From a virus (lineage: Duplodnaviria > Caudoviricetes), in the IMG/VR virus record IMGVR_UViG_3300022218_000008, positions 1 through 35,801 of that record: a stretch of 35,801 nucleotides of DNA, one strand, 5' to 3'. Below, piece by piece: positions 14,344 to 24,526 of this stretch. The notes beneath the pieces are model-generated. The model did no database searches and was not told the origin of the DNA. It was given only the letters and a program-made list of their open reading frames with translations. The position numbers and the translations under genes were made by a program. Every line of letters begins with the position of its first letter. Within the stretch, counting starts at the first letter, position 1.

Positions 14344-17300
14344 TTAAAAAATTGAATAAAAGTTATTTACGTTGTTCTCGATCCAGATTTCCGTTTCATC
14401 TCTATCGCTTTGATAAATAACGTCCTCTGATTTGTAGCCTTCGTGAAAATTAGTATTCGTTCTTTCTATTGAGTCATGTCGAATCGCTATAATACTTGCA
14501 TCGGAAACAACCGTTCCTAAAACACCATTTAAACGCATCCTGTTATTACCCGCATTATCTCGCCACGCAACGTTTATAAAAGAACCACTTTGCGAAGCCC
14601 CTGTGAAATGAACGTTATTTGGCGGGAGATCTCCGAAACCTGAATATATTAAATTAAAAGTTCCGGACCACAACATGCTGAACGGGAAGTTGTCGGAATG
14701 GCTACCGAAGCCAACGCACGTAGTTTCGTCTAAAAGCCTGTTAAATACGCTGACAGTCAACATTTCGTTGGTATTTGCAATTCCCGAGCCTGCCGTTATT
14801 CTTGCGTGATGATTAACACCATCGCAAAGCATAGCAGGACGATTAGAAATCGGATCTTTATAAACGACACCGTCTTTTACGATAGGTGCTTGATCTGAAA
14901 GAGATAAAGCCGTAGCGTGGTTGTTTTCTTCTGTCTGGTCGTATCGAGTAACAACCCAGCCCCAGTCGTCTGTTTGATCTCCAGTAAACGCCAATAGCGC
15001 ATCCTCGTCCAATACAAACTCGCTACCAATTTGGATATACGGAATATCCTGTTCCGCATTATCTAAGCCTCTACGAACTCTAATTAACGGCCCTGAATAA
15101 ATAGAATCGGGCGACAGTTTTCTCGCAACTGAATAAGCCCCGACAGCGTCCTTCTCGTTATTAATCAAAAATTCCCATTCTGGCGGAATTGGTTTGTCCT
15201 CAGAATATATACGAGCCGACATGCATATTTTATTCGAAGAGATCAAACTCGTATCGACTAAACATTTCAACTCGGCAATATTTACAGACGGGAACGAAAT
15301 ATCCAAACCAGTTGCGCCAGATATAGGCTGTAATGGATTCGATGCGATTCCACCCTGAGCCAGTACCGAAGAAATTACCCAACGATTACCGCCTTCAAAA
15401 TCTTCGACCGTTAACTCAGCCCACGGATTCGTATAAGCACCTGTCGCCCACGTGAGAGTCGCTGTAATCTCGTGTAGTTCGTCGTTGACTAGGTTTGAAG
15501 GTGTTGCACCAGTTGAAAGAACTTGGATCGCCCAGTCGGTCGTTACATCGGGATCATCTTCATACGGTCGTATTCCAACCTCTTGGTGGTTAAAATCGTC
15601 AACTCCCGCCAATCTAGTGTAATACGATAGTCGAATGAGCCAATCGCCAGAGTTCGAAAACCTTTGCCAGTTCTTATTTTTTCCATCCCATTGTTCGAGA
15701 ATATCGAAAAAGTCGTTATTAACGTTTGCCTGTTCTAACCAGTATCGCCAATCGTTCAACCATCCGTATTCGAGTTTTAATGCGTATTGACCTGCAATAT
15801 CGAGTAACGGTTCTCTGGTTAACGAAATGTGATTTCTGTCCGTTGTCGGTGGTAAATTGAAGCCCCTATTCGTTAAGAAATTCGGTTGAAATTGACCTCC
15901 GATATTTACCACTCCCGCAAACGAGAAAAATATATCTTCGAGCGTGAACTCTTCTTCGTTAACTGTGTTATACGCATAAATTCTTGCCCGAACTCCTTCG
16001 TAATCTACTCCATCGATCAATCGAAAATGAGATCTAAAAAGAACATCGTCCTCGGTTGTTGTTTGTGGTAATGGAACTGTAATATCGTTAAACCCGTGAT
16101 CGATTAAAACTTGGTCGATTACATTTGGAATTTGAACACCTAAAGTCGGTGCATCGTAATTATCTGTGTCGAAGATCTTCAAAGAAACTCGTTCACTCAA
16201 TGTCGTTCCGTCGTTATTGTAGTTGCCAATCGACACCCAAATAGTCGTTTTTCTTCCGCCATCTGGAACACCTGCAAATAACGTATTCGCTTGTGCATTT
16301 GGAATAATTTTTCCCGAAACCGTTAGTTCATTTACTCCAGTTAACTCGAATTTAAGATCTGTAAAATCCCATCGAGCGCCTGTCGGGTGCGTTTCCCCTT
16401 GGTAAACTGTCGGATCGGTTGTTCCATCTGCGATAAAATCAATTTCAGGAGATAAAACCATTAAATTTTCGCCCAAATCAGTTGCGACAATATTCTGGTA
16501 AAATGATCCATCAATCGGTCGCCAAACCATACCAATTCGATACGTCGATAGTGGGTTGTTTTGATCTGGTGCATCGATAGTCGCTACAAATGTGCATTCG
16601 TTGGAATAGTCAACAGCCGAAATCGGGTTCCCTAAGTAGTCGAAAAAGTTAGTGTCGAGCCATGTGTACGCACTCAATCCACCGTTTAAATTCTCATTAA
16701 ATCCGCCCGTATTTGCCTGTAAAGTTTCATTCGTTATCTGGAGAACTCCGTTCGGGTTTCCATATTGCGGGAATATCTTAAATCGTGAACACGGAGCAAG
16801 GCAATCCGCAGTATCGTAGTAAGGAGGGTTATCGGTCGTATATCCGTCTTTTATTACTCCCCATTGCCAGAACTTAAAATCGACACGGTATCGCCTCCAA
16901 TAAGTCGGAGATCCTTCCGAATAAGTGTACGTTATTACTGGTTCTGTTATGTAACCGCCTGAGCGATTCGCTAAAGGTATCATCGGCAAAGATCCACCTA
17001 CGCCAATCGTGTTCAATGTAGGAACTTCGAACCGATTTAATTCGCTGTCGATTACTGAATTAAGCAAAGCCGTTCCGCTTGGTGTCAAGTTGAAAAGAAA
17101 GTCGATATTTTCTGGAACTCTAGTCGATACGATCAGCAATCCAGAACATAAACCATCGGTCGGAAATTGTCTGCCGTCAACATGTGTCGAAAACGAAGGT
17201 GTCGTTACTCCAAAAGGTTGGTCGATCTGCATTTGCGAACCATTTATGTACGTTACAACAGCCGTAAAAGTTTGTGCCTGAAATGGTGGCGGATTGTTAT

Positions 17301-17538
17301 ACCATTGATACGTAATAACGATTGTATCGCCTACCATGAAGCCCTCGTCCGCCCAGTCGCCAGATTGAAACGTCAATCTATAAATTCCGCCAGATCCATT
17401 ATACGTAACTTTATTCGAAACTCCAGATCCTTTCGAGAATCGCATCGAAATTTCTACACTTGCATCGATCCAGTCGCCCGCATTTGCTTGTAAAAAACTT
17501 TGTCCGTTATAGTTTTCATTTATCAGTAAAACAGGCAT
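14344..17538 (-). CDS. Large tail-tip protein with a C-terminal ConA/LamG-like (arabinofuranosidase-catalytic-like) domain
   Basis: 1064 aa, beta-rich; GAYSVARKL...YSGPLIRVRRGLDNAEQDI...VVTRYDQ motif in the last ~280 aa. Confidence 0.7.
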   Translation of the reverse strand: MPVLLINENYNGQSFLQANAGDWIDASVEISMRFSKGSGVSNKVTYNGSGGIYRLTFQSGDWADEGFMVGDTIVITYQWYNNPPPFQAQTFTAVVTYINGSQMQIDQPFGVTTPSFSTHVDGRQFPTDGLCSGLLIVSTRVPENIDFLFNLTPSGTALLNSVIDSELNRFEVPTLNTIGVGGSLPMIPLANRSGGYITEPVITYTYSEGSPTYWRRYRVDFKFWQWGVIKDGYTTDNPPYYDTADCLAPCSRFKIFPQYGNPNGVLQITNETLQANTGGFNENLNGGLSAYTWLDTNFFDYLGNPISAVDYSNECTFVATIDAPDQNNPLSTYRIGMVWRPIDGSFYQNIVATDLGENLMVLSPEIDFIADGTTDPTVYQGETHPTGARWDFTDLKFELTGVNELTVSGKIIPNAQANTLFAGVPDGGRKTTIWVSIGNYNNDGTTLSERVSLKIFDTDNYDAPTLGVQIPNVIDQVLIDHGFNDITVPLPQTTTEDDVLFRSHFRLIDGVDYEGVRARIYAYNTVNEEEFTLEDIFFSFAGVVNIGGQFQPNFLTNRGFNLPPTTDRNHISLTREPLLDIAGQYALKLEYGWLNDWRYWLEQANVNNDFFDILEQWDGKNKNWQRFSNSGDWLIRLSYYTRLAGVDDFNHQEVGIRPYEDDPDVTTDWAIQVLSTGATPSNLVNDELHEITATLTWATGAYTNPWAELTVEDFEGGNRWVISSVLAQGGIASNPLQPISGATGLDISFPSVNIAELKCLVDTSLISSNKICMSARIYSEDKPIPPEWEFLINNEKDAVGAYSVARKLSPDSIYSGPLIRVRRGLDNAEQDIPYIQIGSEFVLDEDALLAFTGDQTDDWGWVVTRYDQTEENNHATALSLSDQAPIVKDGVVYKDPISNRPAMLCDGVNHHARITAGSGIANTNEMLTVSVFNRLLDETTCVGFGSHSDNFPFSMLWSGTFNLIYSGFGDLPPNNVHFTGASQSGSFINVAWRDNAGNNRMRLNGVLGTVVSDASIIAIRHDSIERTNTNFHEGYKSEDVIYQSDRDETEIWIENNVNNFYSIF

Positions 17539-17542
17539 GTCG

Positions 17543-17755
17543 TTATAATTTTATTGAGTTCATTAATTCCATCGCTTTCGCTTTCAATTTTTTAGGATCG
17601 CTAAGATCTCGAACCTTTTGCAGTTCTGCTCGTTGCTCTTCTGTCATTTGCTTTTCGAGATCTTCCGTCATGTGTTCATTAATCAACTCTCTCGCCCCTT
17701 GTAAACCTTCCAGAACCTTCGTAAAACTTGCGTTATCTTCAAAAATATTATGCAT
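17543..17755 (-). CDS. Small helical hypothetical protein
   Basis: 70 aa; overlaps the upstream stop. Confidence 0.65.
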   Translation of the reverse strand: MHNIFEDNASFTKVLEGLQGARELINEHMTEDLEKQMTEEQRAELQKVRDLSDPKKLKAKAMELMNSIKL

Positions 17756-19472
17756 CGATCAATATTGTTTTCGTGTTAAATCCTTCGCCACTCTTTTGTG
17801 CGTAGGTAATTTCCGCTTCTTTTCCTTCATTCGTCCATTCGAAGGTAAGAATTTCGAGCAAATTTCCCGACTGATCCTGAACGTAATTATTATAAAGCAA
17901 CTGTTCGAACTGAGCCGTCGAGAACGGAATTGTTTCTGTATAAATCCTTTTGAAATTCTCCTTGACTTGGTTTATCGTGTGATATTGTTGGTATAATTGA
18001 TTCGCCCCGATAATGTCTAAATAATTGCTCGGCTGTGATCCATTTAAGCAATAAAGCAATTTTGTTACCGTGAAATATTGTTGTCCGATCATCATTACAC
18101 CAACACGACCGTTAATTTTTGATTCCAGAGCCGAATCGCCTCCGAAGAATTGAATAACTTCATCCGCTAATTTTGCAAACGGAAGCGCTACTTTTTCGAC
18201 GAAGGTTAACGATTCCTTACGAACACCGAACGCAAATGGTATTGCTATATCGACCAGTCCTTTTATATTCACTAAATCGCTGTTAACGACGGAAACAGGC
18301 TCTGTCGAATATTCGCAATCTGTCGCCTGAATTTTGTCTAACGTGTGCCAGTCTGAAATATCGTAACGGTAGTGCATGTAGTATCGTTTCCATGCCTCCG
18401 AAGTATTGTAGCCCCATCGGTTTTCTCTTTTATCCTGTAAGGTTAAAGTCGATTGAATCTGTAAACCGCTATCGAGTTCCCAGTAATCACGACGTTCGAA
18501 ATAAACAGTACCGTTAAAAATCCTGAATTTGCCGTTAAACATTTCCCGCAAAGTTTCCATTAATTGACCTAACGTAGCAATCGTATCTCGTGCCGTTGGA
18601 TAGCCTTTCGTGTAAGATCCGTTGTTTAGAGTTAACAAATTCGCAAGAATCGATTCGTTATCCTTCTTTAACGGAACAGGGCAAATCGTGAGATCCTTTT
18701 TCGATTGTAATAATTGACTTTCGAAATTAAAACCTAAGAAACCACAACCCGTTTGCATTAACTGGAGAACCGTCGAAGCCTTCAATTTGCGAACAGGTGG
18801 AAAAATTAGTTCGATTATCTGTTTTGTAACATCGATCAACGCAATAATCAATCCCGCTACGTATATTGTTCGAGCAACTAGCAACAAACCTGCCGAAATA
18901 ATTTGTCCTGTATTCACAACAGCGCCAACCGAAACGATTTTCAAAAAATCAGTTACCGCAACGACCAGTTCTCGAACTCCCTCTATTAACGCTTTTGTGA
19001 GTGTATAAGAAGAAATTCCGAGCATTATCAACATTTCGAGTTGATTATCTGGAACGATCAAATACTTAACATCGACCAAAGGAATAGCGACTTTTTTGTT
19101 CAATAATTCAAACGAAAGTCCGTGAGCATTTTCCCAGAAAGTCGCCAGACCTCTTCGCTTTTTGATCTTTACCTCGATGCCTGAATCTCCGAACCCGCTA
19201 ATCTTTGTCGCCAGATCTGTTAAATCGATGTAATATTCCAACGTGAACGTGTTATTGATCTGGAACGTGTACGGTAGCCCCTCAAAAACTCCATACGTCG
19301 CAATGTGATCCAACACCAAACGTTTCGCATCGTTCTCCAATACCAGAGAATCGACATTTAGTTCGTTTTCCTGAGCATCGCCAGTCCAATCGAGTTCGAC
19401 ACCGATCATGTCGGCATCTCTTGGTCGAACCTCAATGCCGTTAATAAAATGTTTACTCTCGATTATACTCAT
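17748..19472 (-). CDS. Minor tail/baseplate hub-like protein
   Basis: 574 aa, ATGA-coupled to the tape measure; central hydrophobic helical region. Confidence 0.65.
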   Translation of the reverse strand: MSIIESKHFINGIEVRPRDADMIGVELDWTGDAQENELNVDSLVLENDAKRLVLDHIATYGVFEGLPYTFQINNTFTLEYYIDLTDLATKISGFGDSGIEVKIKKRRGLATFWENAHGLSFELLNKKVAIPLVDVKYLIVPDNQLEMLIMLGISSYTLTKALIEGVRELVVAVTDFLKIVSVGAVVNTGQIISAGLLLVARTIYVAGLIIALIDVTKQIIELIFPPVRKLKASTVLQLMQTGCGFLGFNFESQLLQSKKDLTICPVPLKKDNESILANLLTLNNGSYTKGYPTARDTIATLGQLMETLREMFNGKFRIFNGTVYFERRDYWELDSGLQIQSTLTLQDKRENRWGYNTSEAWKRYYMHYRYDISDWHTLDKIQATDCEYSTEPVSVVNSDLVNIKGLVDIAIPFAFGVRKESLTFVEKVALPFAKLADEVIQFFGGDSALESKINGRVGVMMIGQQYFTVTKLLYCLNGSQPSNYLDIIGANQLYQQYHTINQVKENFKRIYTETIPFSTAQFEQLLYNNYVQDQSGNLLEILTFEWTNEGKEAEITYAQKSGEGFNTKTILIDA

Positions 19473-22400
19473 TTCGCTCTTACTTTGAAGGTGTTAACAG
19501 TTCTTACGCCTTTTCGTTTGTGATTCTCGACAATTTTCATCGCTGTCGAAGTGATCTCGCCAACCTTAACGTCGAGTTCTGGTTTATTTGCGATCGTTTT
19601 GTTTACTTGATCCAATTTTTCGCTAACCGTCATTAACTCATTTACGAGGATCTGATTATCGAAACTAATAATTTGACTTTCGCCATCGACCAGTTTTCCG
19701 AGCCTTCTTTGTTCCATTACTCTCGCAACCTCTTCATTCGATACATTTCCGATCATTGCGTTTTGTTTTGCAGTCATTACACGTTCATTGTCGTGTAATA
19801 CCGCTAATCTACCGCCATTTGCGTCGAGTGGGTTCGTTGCTTTTCCTGTGTCCTCCGTACCAACATAAAACGAGCCTAGCGACGATATGAAGGCATCGAG
19901 TACCGCTTTACTTAAAACAGCATTTCGGAACGCCTCGCCCGATTCCTGTCCTGCTTCTAGGTTCGAATTATATGCCTGTAATACCGAAGAAACGAGCAAT
20001 ATTTGCTGTTTTCTACGCTCTTGGATCTCTCGTTCCCTTTCCGCCTCAGCGATCAAACGGTTTTCTTCCGCTAAACTTTCTTTCGCTAAAATGTTTCCGT
20101 TCTTTGCCAGTTCATCCAGTTCTCCCGCCCTCTTTTTGTGGGCTTCAATCTCTTTGTCGATCGCCTCAATTCGCTTGTCGATCTCTTTTTCCAGTAAATC
20201 CGTAACACCTTGGATCGCTAAACGCTGTAATTCGTACTGATCTTCTAAGCCTTTTTTGAGTTCGTCCGTTTCCTTCTTTTTTAACTCCCGTTTCTTTTCT
20301 CCGATCTCAATTTCCGTTGCTAAAATTTCGTCTTTTAACTCTGGATATTTTTCTTGCAAAAGTGCTAATTGCGCTTCGAGGTTTTCAAGTTGAAATTTCA
20401 GCATCGCTTCCGCTAGATCTTCTTCCGAAATGTTGGTTTTCAACAGTTCGTTATATTTCTCCTTTTCCTTTCGGTCGAACGCTTCGACTTCTTTGTTCCA
20501 TGCTTTTCGCTTGAACTCCAGTCGTCGTTCTTGTGCTTCTAATTCAATTTGCGTAACGTCAGCCTCTCGCTGTGCCGTGATCCTTTTAATCTCTTCGGCT
20601 GTTATATTTTCAGCCCCTAATTCGATGTTCGCATTTTGGTAGATCTGGTCGATTCTCATTTGGTCGAGATCTTCCATTAACGATAATTGTTCTTCGCCTC
20701 CCTCTTCCGCTTTTGCGATCTTCATTTTTTGATTTAAAATGATCGCTTTTTGCTCATTAACCATCGCCTCGTTTTCCGCATCGATAGTTTTCTTTCTCCA
20801 GTTGTCTTTTATGTCCTGCATCTCCATGTTGAAAGTTTCTTCCAACTCCTTGAGCAATTCATCTTTTTGTTTCTTACTAGCAACAGTTTTTTTCGTGTCC
20901 TCAATATCTCGTTTGAACTTCTCTTCTCGAGCCTCAATCTCACGTTTTTTCTCGTCTTGGATTTGCTTGATCTGTTCATTTCTGATCTTACGTGATAGAT
21001 CTTTTAACTTTTTCGGTTTCGAGTCATCCTCGCCACCGCCACCCGTATTACCGCTACCATCACCTGTAATATCAGAAATATCCAAATCGCCATTCTCGAT
21101 CTTCTTCTTCATCAACTCATCGAGCGCCTTTATTTGTGCATTTATATCCGCAACCGCTGTCTTTTTGTTCTTTCTTCCTGTTTTAACAAGTTCATCTGTT
21201 ACTTTATTCACGTCAAATGTACCGATTGTCTTAAATCCGACACCTACCTGATCCATCAGGTCGATATTATCGACTATTTTAGAGTTTTCCGCTTCTAATA
21301 ACTTAACATAGAGTTTTTGTTTCCTCGTTGCAATTGCTTGTGCGAGAGCCTTTTTGTCGAGTGCTTTAATATAATTGTTTATTGACGTAACCCCTTCCTC
21401 GGTGGTTATGTTTTCCAACGTAAGGTTTCCGAGATATTCAGGACTTATTTCGTTAAGTTTCTCGATTGCCTTTATACGTTCCTCATCAGATCTGTTTTTG
21501 TCTTGAGCAACTATCAACAATGAATCCAGTTCAGCCTTCTCTTTTGCAACCGCTTTTTGAGCCTCTTCCATTACATCGTTTACTGTCTTTTGGATCTGTT
21601 CAGCCTGACTCATTTCGCTATTAAACATTTCAAGTGCGGTGATAACCCCTGCAATAACCGATAATATCAATCCAAATGGATTTGCACTCATGGCTATGTT
21701 CAATTTTTTGAACGATTCAGTCGTTAATTTGATCAGTTTATAAACTCCAAATACTGTTCCTAGAGTAATCATTAATTTAATAATCGTTTCTAGGTTTTCA
21801 GCAAGGAAACGAATAACATCTTTAAGTACTCCAAAAACTCCTGTTCCTTCCTCGAATTTCAACAAAACGCCCTCCCACGCTGAACGAAGCAAAGCCAGCG
21901 CCCCGTTAAGTGTATCGAGTTGGGTGTCTGCCATTGTTTCCGCAGATCCTCCTGCTTGATAAAGCCCCGATTCCAGTTTGTTTATCGATGTTTGATTTTC
22001 CGAAAGGATCAAACCTAGCGTCATTCCTTTTTTACCGAATAATTCAAATGCCGTTTCGGCTCTGTTTGTACTGTTACGAATTTGCGACATTGCATCTTCA
22101 TACGAGATGCCTTGTTTTGTTAATTCTATAAACATGTTTCGAAGCCCAGTACCCGCCGAACTTGCATCGACTTGGTTATCTACTAGAACCCCGATCATCG
22201 CTGTCGTTTCTTCAATATTCAGCCCCATCGCTTTTGCCGTTGGTGCAACATTCGCCATCGCTGTCGAGAATTTCGACATATCTAACGAACTACTGGAGAA
22301 CGATTTCGCCATAACATCGACAACTCTCTGAGCCTGATCGGCTTCCAGTCCGAAGGCTTTTAAGTTACCACCGACAACCGTTGACGCCTCCGATAGATCT

Positions 22401-23293
22401 GAGCCAGTCGCCCCCGCTAATTGTTGAACAGCGTTTGTCATGTCTAAAATGGATTCGGTCGGAAAACCTAGTTTCGCTAATTCCATTTGCAAATTCGACA
22501 TTTCTCCCGCAGTAAATCTGGTCGTCGCCCCGAGTTCTTTCGACTGATTTATAAGCGATTGCATTTCTTCATCCCATGCCCCCGCCTCGTCTTTTGTTTT
22601 TCCTAAAACCGATGCGAGATCTGCTGTCGCTTGTTCGAATCCAGTAATAACCGTAAACGCATCCCGAGCAATCTGGAAAACTCCAAACGCTAAACCTAGT
22701 TGAGCCAACGCCCCACGAAGCCCACGAATTGCCGATGTATAGTTCCCGACATTCATTCGCTGTTTTTTCATTGCATCGCCAGATGCTCGAATTTTTGCGT
22801 TGTTTTTATCGAGTTCCGCATTAATCAGTTTTAAAGATCTTTGACCTCTTTTCGTTTCCAGATTTAGTTTCGCCCTAATTGCCCGTAACTTATTGTTTCG
22901 GATCTCTAATTGCTGTAACGTACCGAGGCTCTTTTGTTGTTCTTTTGTCAACCTCGCAGTCGCCTGAACGGTTTGTTTTATTTCTTTGTTTTGCTCTCGC
23001 TGTTTCTGGTTTAATTTTGCCTTTTCCGTTAACAGTTGTTTATCGATGTTTAATTTGGCTTTTGCGGTCTGGTTTGCTCTACGTGTCAACTCGTCGAAAT
23101 CCTTCAAAGATTTTGTATCGTTGGGCTTTGCACCTCCCATCGCTGTTTTCGTTTCTTTAGCAATTTGATTTAACGCCTTCATTGAAGCCGTAAGCATTTT
23201 GATTTTATCATCCGAAGTTTGCGCCCCCTGAATGACGTTATCAAACAAACCTTTAGGCGCTATATCTTCTTTGTTTATCCGCTTCTTTGCCAT
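19469..23293 (-). CDS. Tail tape measure protein (TP901-type core)
   Basis: 1274 aa; LGATTRFTAGE...LAKLGF, DASSAGTGLRN, ANPFGLI motifs; long coiled coils. Confidence 0.93.
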   Translation of the reverse strand: MAKKRINKEDIAPKGLFDNVIQGAQTSDDKIKMLTASMKALNQIAKETKTAMGGAKPNDTKSLKDFDELTRRANQTAKAKLNIDKQLLTEKAKLNQKQREQNKEIKQTVQATARLTKEQQKSLGTLQQLEIRNNKLRAIRAKLNLETKRGQRSLKLINAELDKNNAKIRASGDAMKKQRMNVGNYTSAIRGLRGALAQLGLAFGVFQIARDAFTVITGFEQATADLASVLGKTKDEAGAWDEEMQSLINQSKELGATTRFTAGEMSNLQMELAKLGFPTESILDMTNAVQQLAGATGSDLSEASTVVGGNLKAFGLEADQAQRVVDVMAKSFSSSSLDMSKFSTAMANVAPTAKAMGLNIEETTAMIGVLVDNQVDASSAGTGLRNMFIELTKQGISYEDAMSQIRNSTNRAETAFELFGKKGMTLGLILSENQTSINKLESGLYQAGGSAETMADTQLDTLNGALALLRSAWEGVLLKFEEGTGVFGVLKDVIRFLAENLETIIKLMITLGTVFGVYKLIKLTTESFKKLNIAMSANPFGLILSVIAGVITALEMFNSEMSQAEQIQKTVNDVMEEAQKAVAKEKAELDSLLIVAQDKNRSDEERIKAIEKLNEISPEYLGNLTLENITTEEGVTSINNYIKALDKKALAQAIATRKQKLYVKLLEAENSKIVDNIDLMDQVGVGFKTIGTFDVNKVTDELVKTGRKNKKTAVADINAQIKALDELMKKKIENGDLDISDITGDGSGNTGGGGEDDSKPKKLKDLSRKIRNEQIKQIQDEKKREIEAREEKFKRDIEDTKKTVASKKQKDELLKELEETFNMEMQDIKDNWRKKTIDAENEAMVNEQKAIILNQKMKIAKAEEGGEEQLSLMEDLDQMRIDQIYQNANIELGAENITAEEIKRITAQREADVTQIELEAQERRLEFKRKAWNKEVEAFDRKEKEKYNELLKTNISEEDLAEAMLKFQLENLEAQLALLQEKYPELKDEILATEIEIGEKKRELKKKETDELKKGLEDQYELQRLAIQGVTDLLEKEIDKRIEAIDKEIEAHKKRAGELDELAKNGNILAKESLAEENRLIAEAEREREIQERRKQQILLVSSVLQAYNSNLEAGQESGEAFRNAVLSKAVLDAFISSLGSFYVGTEDTGKATNPLDANGGRLAVLHDNERVMTAKQNAMIGNVSNEEVARVMEQRRLGKLVDGESQIISFDNQILVNELMTVSEKLDQVNKTIANKPELDVKVGEITSTAMKIVENHKRKGVRTVNTFKVRAK

Positions 23294-23315
23294 CTCTTAA
23301 ATATTACTATTAATC

Positions 23316-23370
23316 TTCTTTTTTTCTTCTCTTTACTCTTATTGCTTAAGGGTGGCTTAAGGGTGGTTAA
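23316..23370. repeat. Intergenic copy of the initiator-internal iteron array (GCTTAAGGGTG x2 + GTTAA) with pyrimidine tract
   Basis: 23342-23370 matches 6852-6880 at 25/29 nt, same orientation. Confidence 0.75.
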
Positions 23371-23372
23371 AA

Positions 23373-23825
23373 TTACCCTTTTTGAGATTCGATAAACTTC
23401 TCGTATTCTCTTACAATATTGTAAAACTTTCGAGCCGTTATTTTCTTCTCATCTAAACGAAACCCCATCCACTTTTCGAGGTGGATCAAAACAACCTCGT
23501 TACTAAGTCCGTTTTTATCTCTCGTTAATATCTCTTTCAATTCACTTTCGAGCCTTCTAATTTCGTTTCGTAAATACTGGTTATCTTCAACAACGAAATC
23601 GCATTGTAACATCGCTATTCGACGCCTCAGTTCGATTATTCGTTCAACCTCCGAATCGAAACCAAACTCAGCAAGGTATGAATCGTTAATTTTAATAAAC
23701 GCTTCCTCGTCCTTTTTTTGCGATCCCTTCTCCAGATCTATACGGCAGTATTTAAAATCGCCCTCCCGTATTTTCCACCAGTTAAACAACAAAATGTCGT
23801 CGATACTCTCATAATAACAATTCAT
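23373..23825 (-). CDS. Putative tail assembly chaperone
   Basis: 150-aa helical ORF immediately before the tape measure. Confidence 0.55.
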   Translation of the reverse strand: MNCYYESIDDILLFNWWKIREGDFKYCRIDLEKGSQKKDEEAFIKINDSYLAEFGFDSEVERIIELRRRIAMLQCDFVVEDNQYLRNEIRRLESELKEILTRDKNGLSNEVVLIHLEKWMGFRLDEKKITARKFYNIVREYEKFIESQKG

Positions 23826-24249
23826 TTTCTAAATATTCTACGTATTTGTTTGTTAATGCATCCGCTATTACGTTTTGATTCTCGTCAGTAAGTCCAAGTA
23901 TATTCAAACCATATCTAACGGCCAGATCGTCGTTATCGACCGTTCCTTTTTGAGTGTCCGCAATAATCTCCGCCCCTTTTGGATCTACTTTAACGACAAA
24001 TGATCGATAAAATTCTCCCGTTTCCTTCAATCTAATATGTCCGTCAGGCTTTCCGTATAACTGAACACTCGTTTCCGAATAATCTGGTAATCGTGTTCCG
24101 TCCGACTTCAATCCTTCATTAAATAATTGATCGATCGTATTTAATCGAATTATCTCCCATTGCATTTCGCGGTCGATAACCTGAAACCATGCATCGACCT
24201 CGTTCAGGTTTTTTGCTTTCTCGATTATTTCTTCAATCCTTCCGAACAT
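23809..24249 (-). CDS. Putative neck/tail-completion protein (HK97 gp10/virion-morphogenesis-like)
   Basis: YSETS...LKETGEFYRSF...RYGLNILGL motifs; start moved to MFGRI at 24249, downstream of the terminator. Confidence 0.6.
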   Translation of the reverse strand: MFGRIEEIIEKAKNLNEVDAWFQVIDREMQWEIIRLNTIDQLFNEGLKSDGTRLPDYSETSVQLYGKPDGHIRLKETGEFYRSFVVKVDPKGAEIIADTQKGTVDNDDLAVRYGLNILGLTDENQNVIADALTNKYVEYLENELLL

Positions 24250-24255
24250 ACTTTC

Positions 24256-24294
24256 AAAAATAAGAAAGGGAACTACGATACGCAATTCCCTTTC
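24256..24294 (-). terminator. Intrinsic terminator/attenuator after the major tail genes
   Basis: Minus RNA GAAAGGGAAUUGCG-UAU-CGUAGUUCCCUUUC followed by UUAUUUUU. Confidence 0.8.
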
Positions 24295-24314
24295 CCAATA
24301 AATAACAGTCGATT

Positions 24315-24521
24315 TTACTCTTCCGTTTTCTTCTTTTTTGTTGTGGTTTTCTTTCGATTATTTCTAACCGTCAAACCGTTTGCCTGTTTCCAAGCGTTCA
24401 CAACGTGCGCCCTGTCAAGGTGTGCGTAATCTAAAATCGCTTTCTTCTCGGATATGCTACGAAGATAAGCCAGATTAAATTTCGTTTTCCCTATCTCGAG
24501 GGCGTTACTCTTTTTCCCCAT
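24315..24521 (-). CDS. Small basic hypothetical protein
   Basis: 68 aa, directly after the major tail gene. Confidence 0.7.
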   Translation of the reverse strand: MGKKSNALEIGKTKFNLAYLRSISEKKAILDYAHLDRAHVVNAWKQANGLTVRNNRKKTTTKKKKTEE

Positions 24522-24526
24522 TCAGG

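Noticed and set aside
23373-24521. Programmed frameshift producing a tail-chaperone fusion
   Set aside because: I could not identify a convincing slippery site joining adjacent ORFs; each has its own start, and a terminator intervenes.
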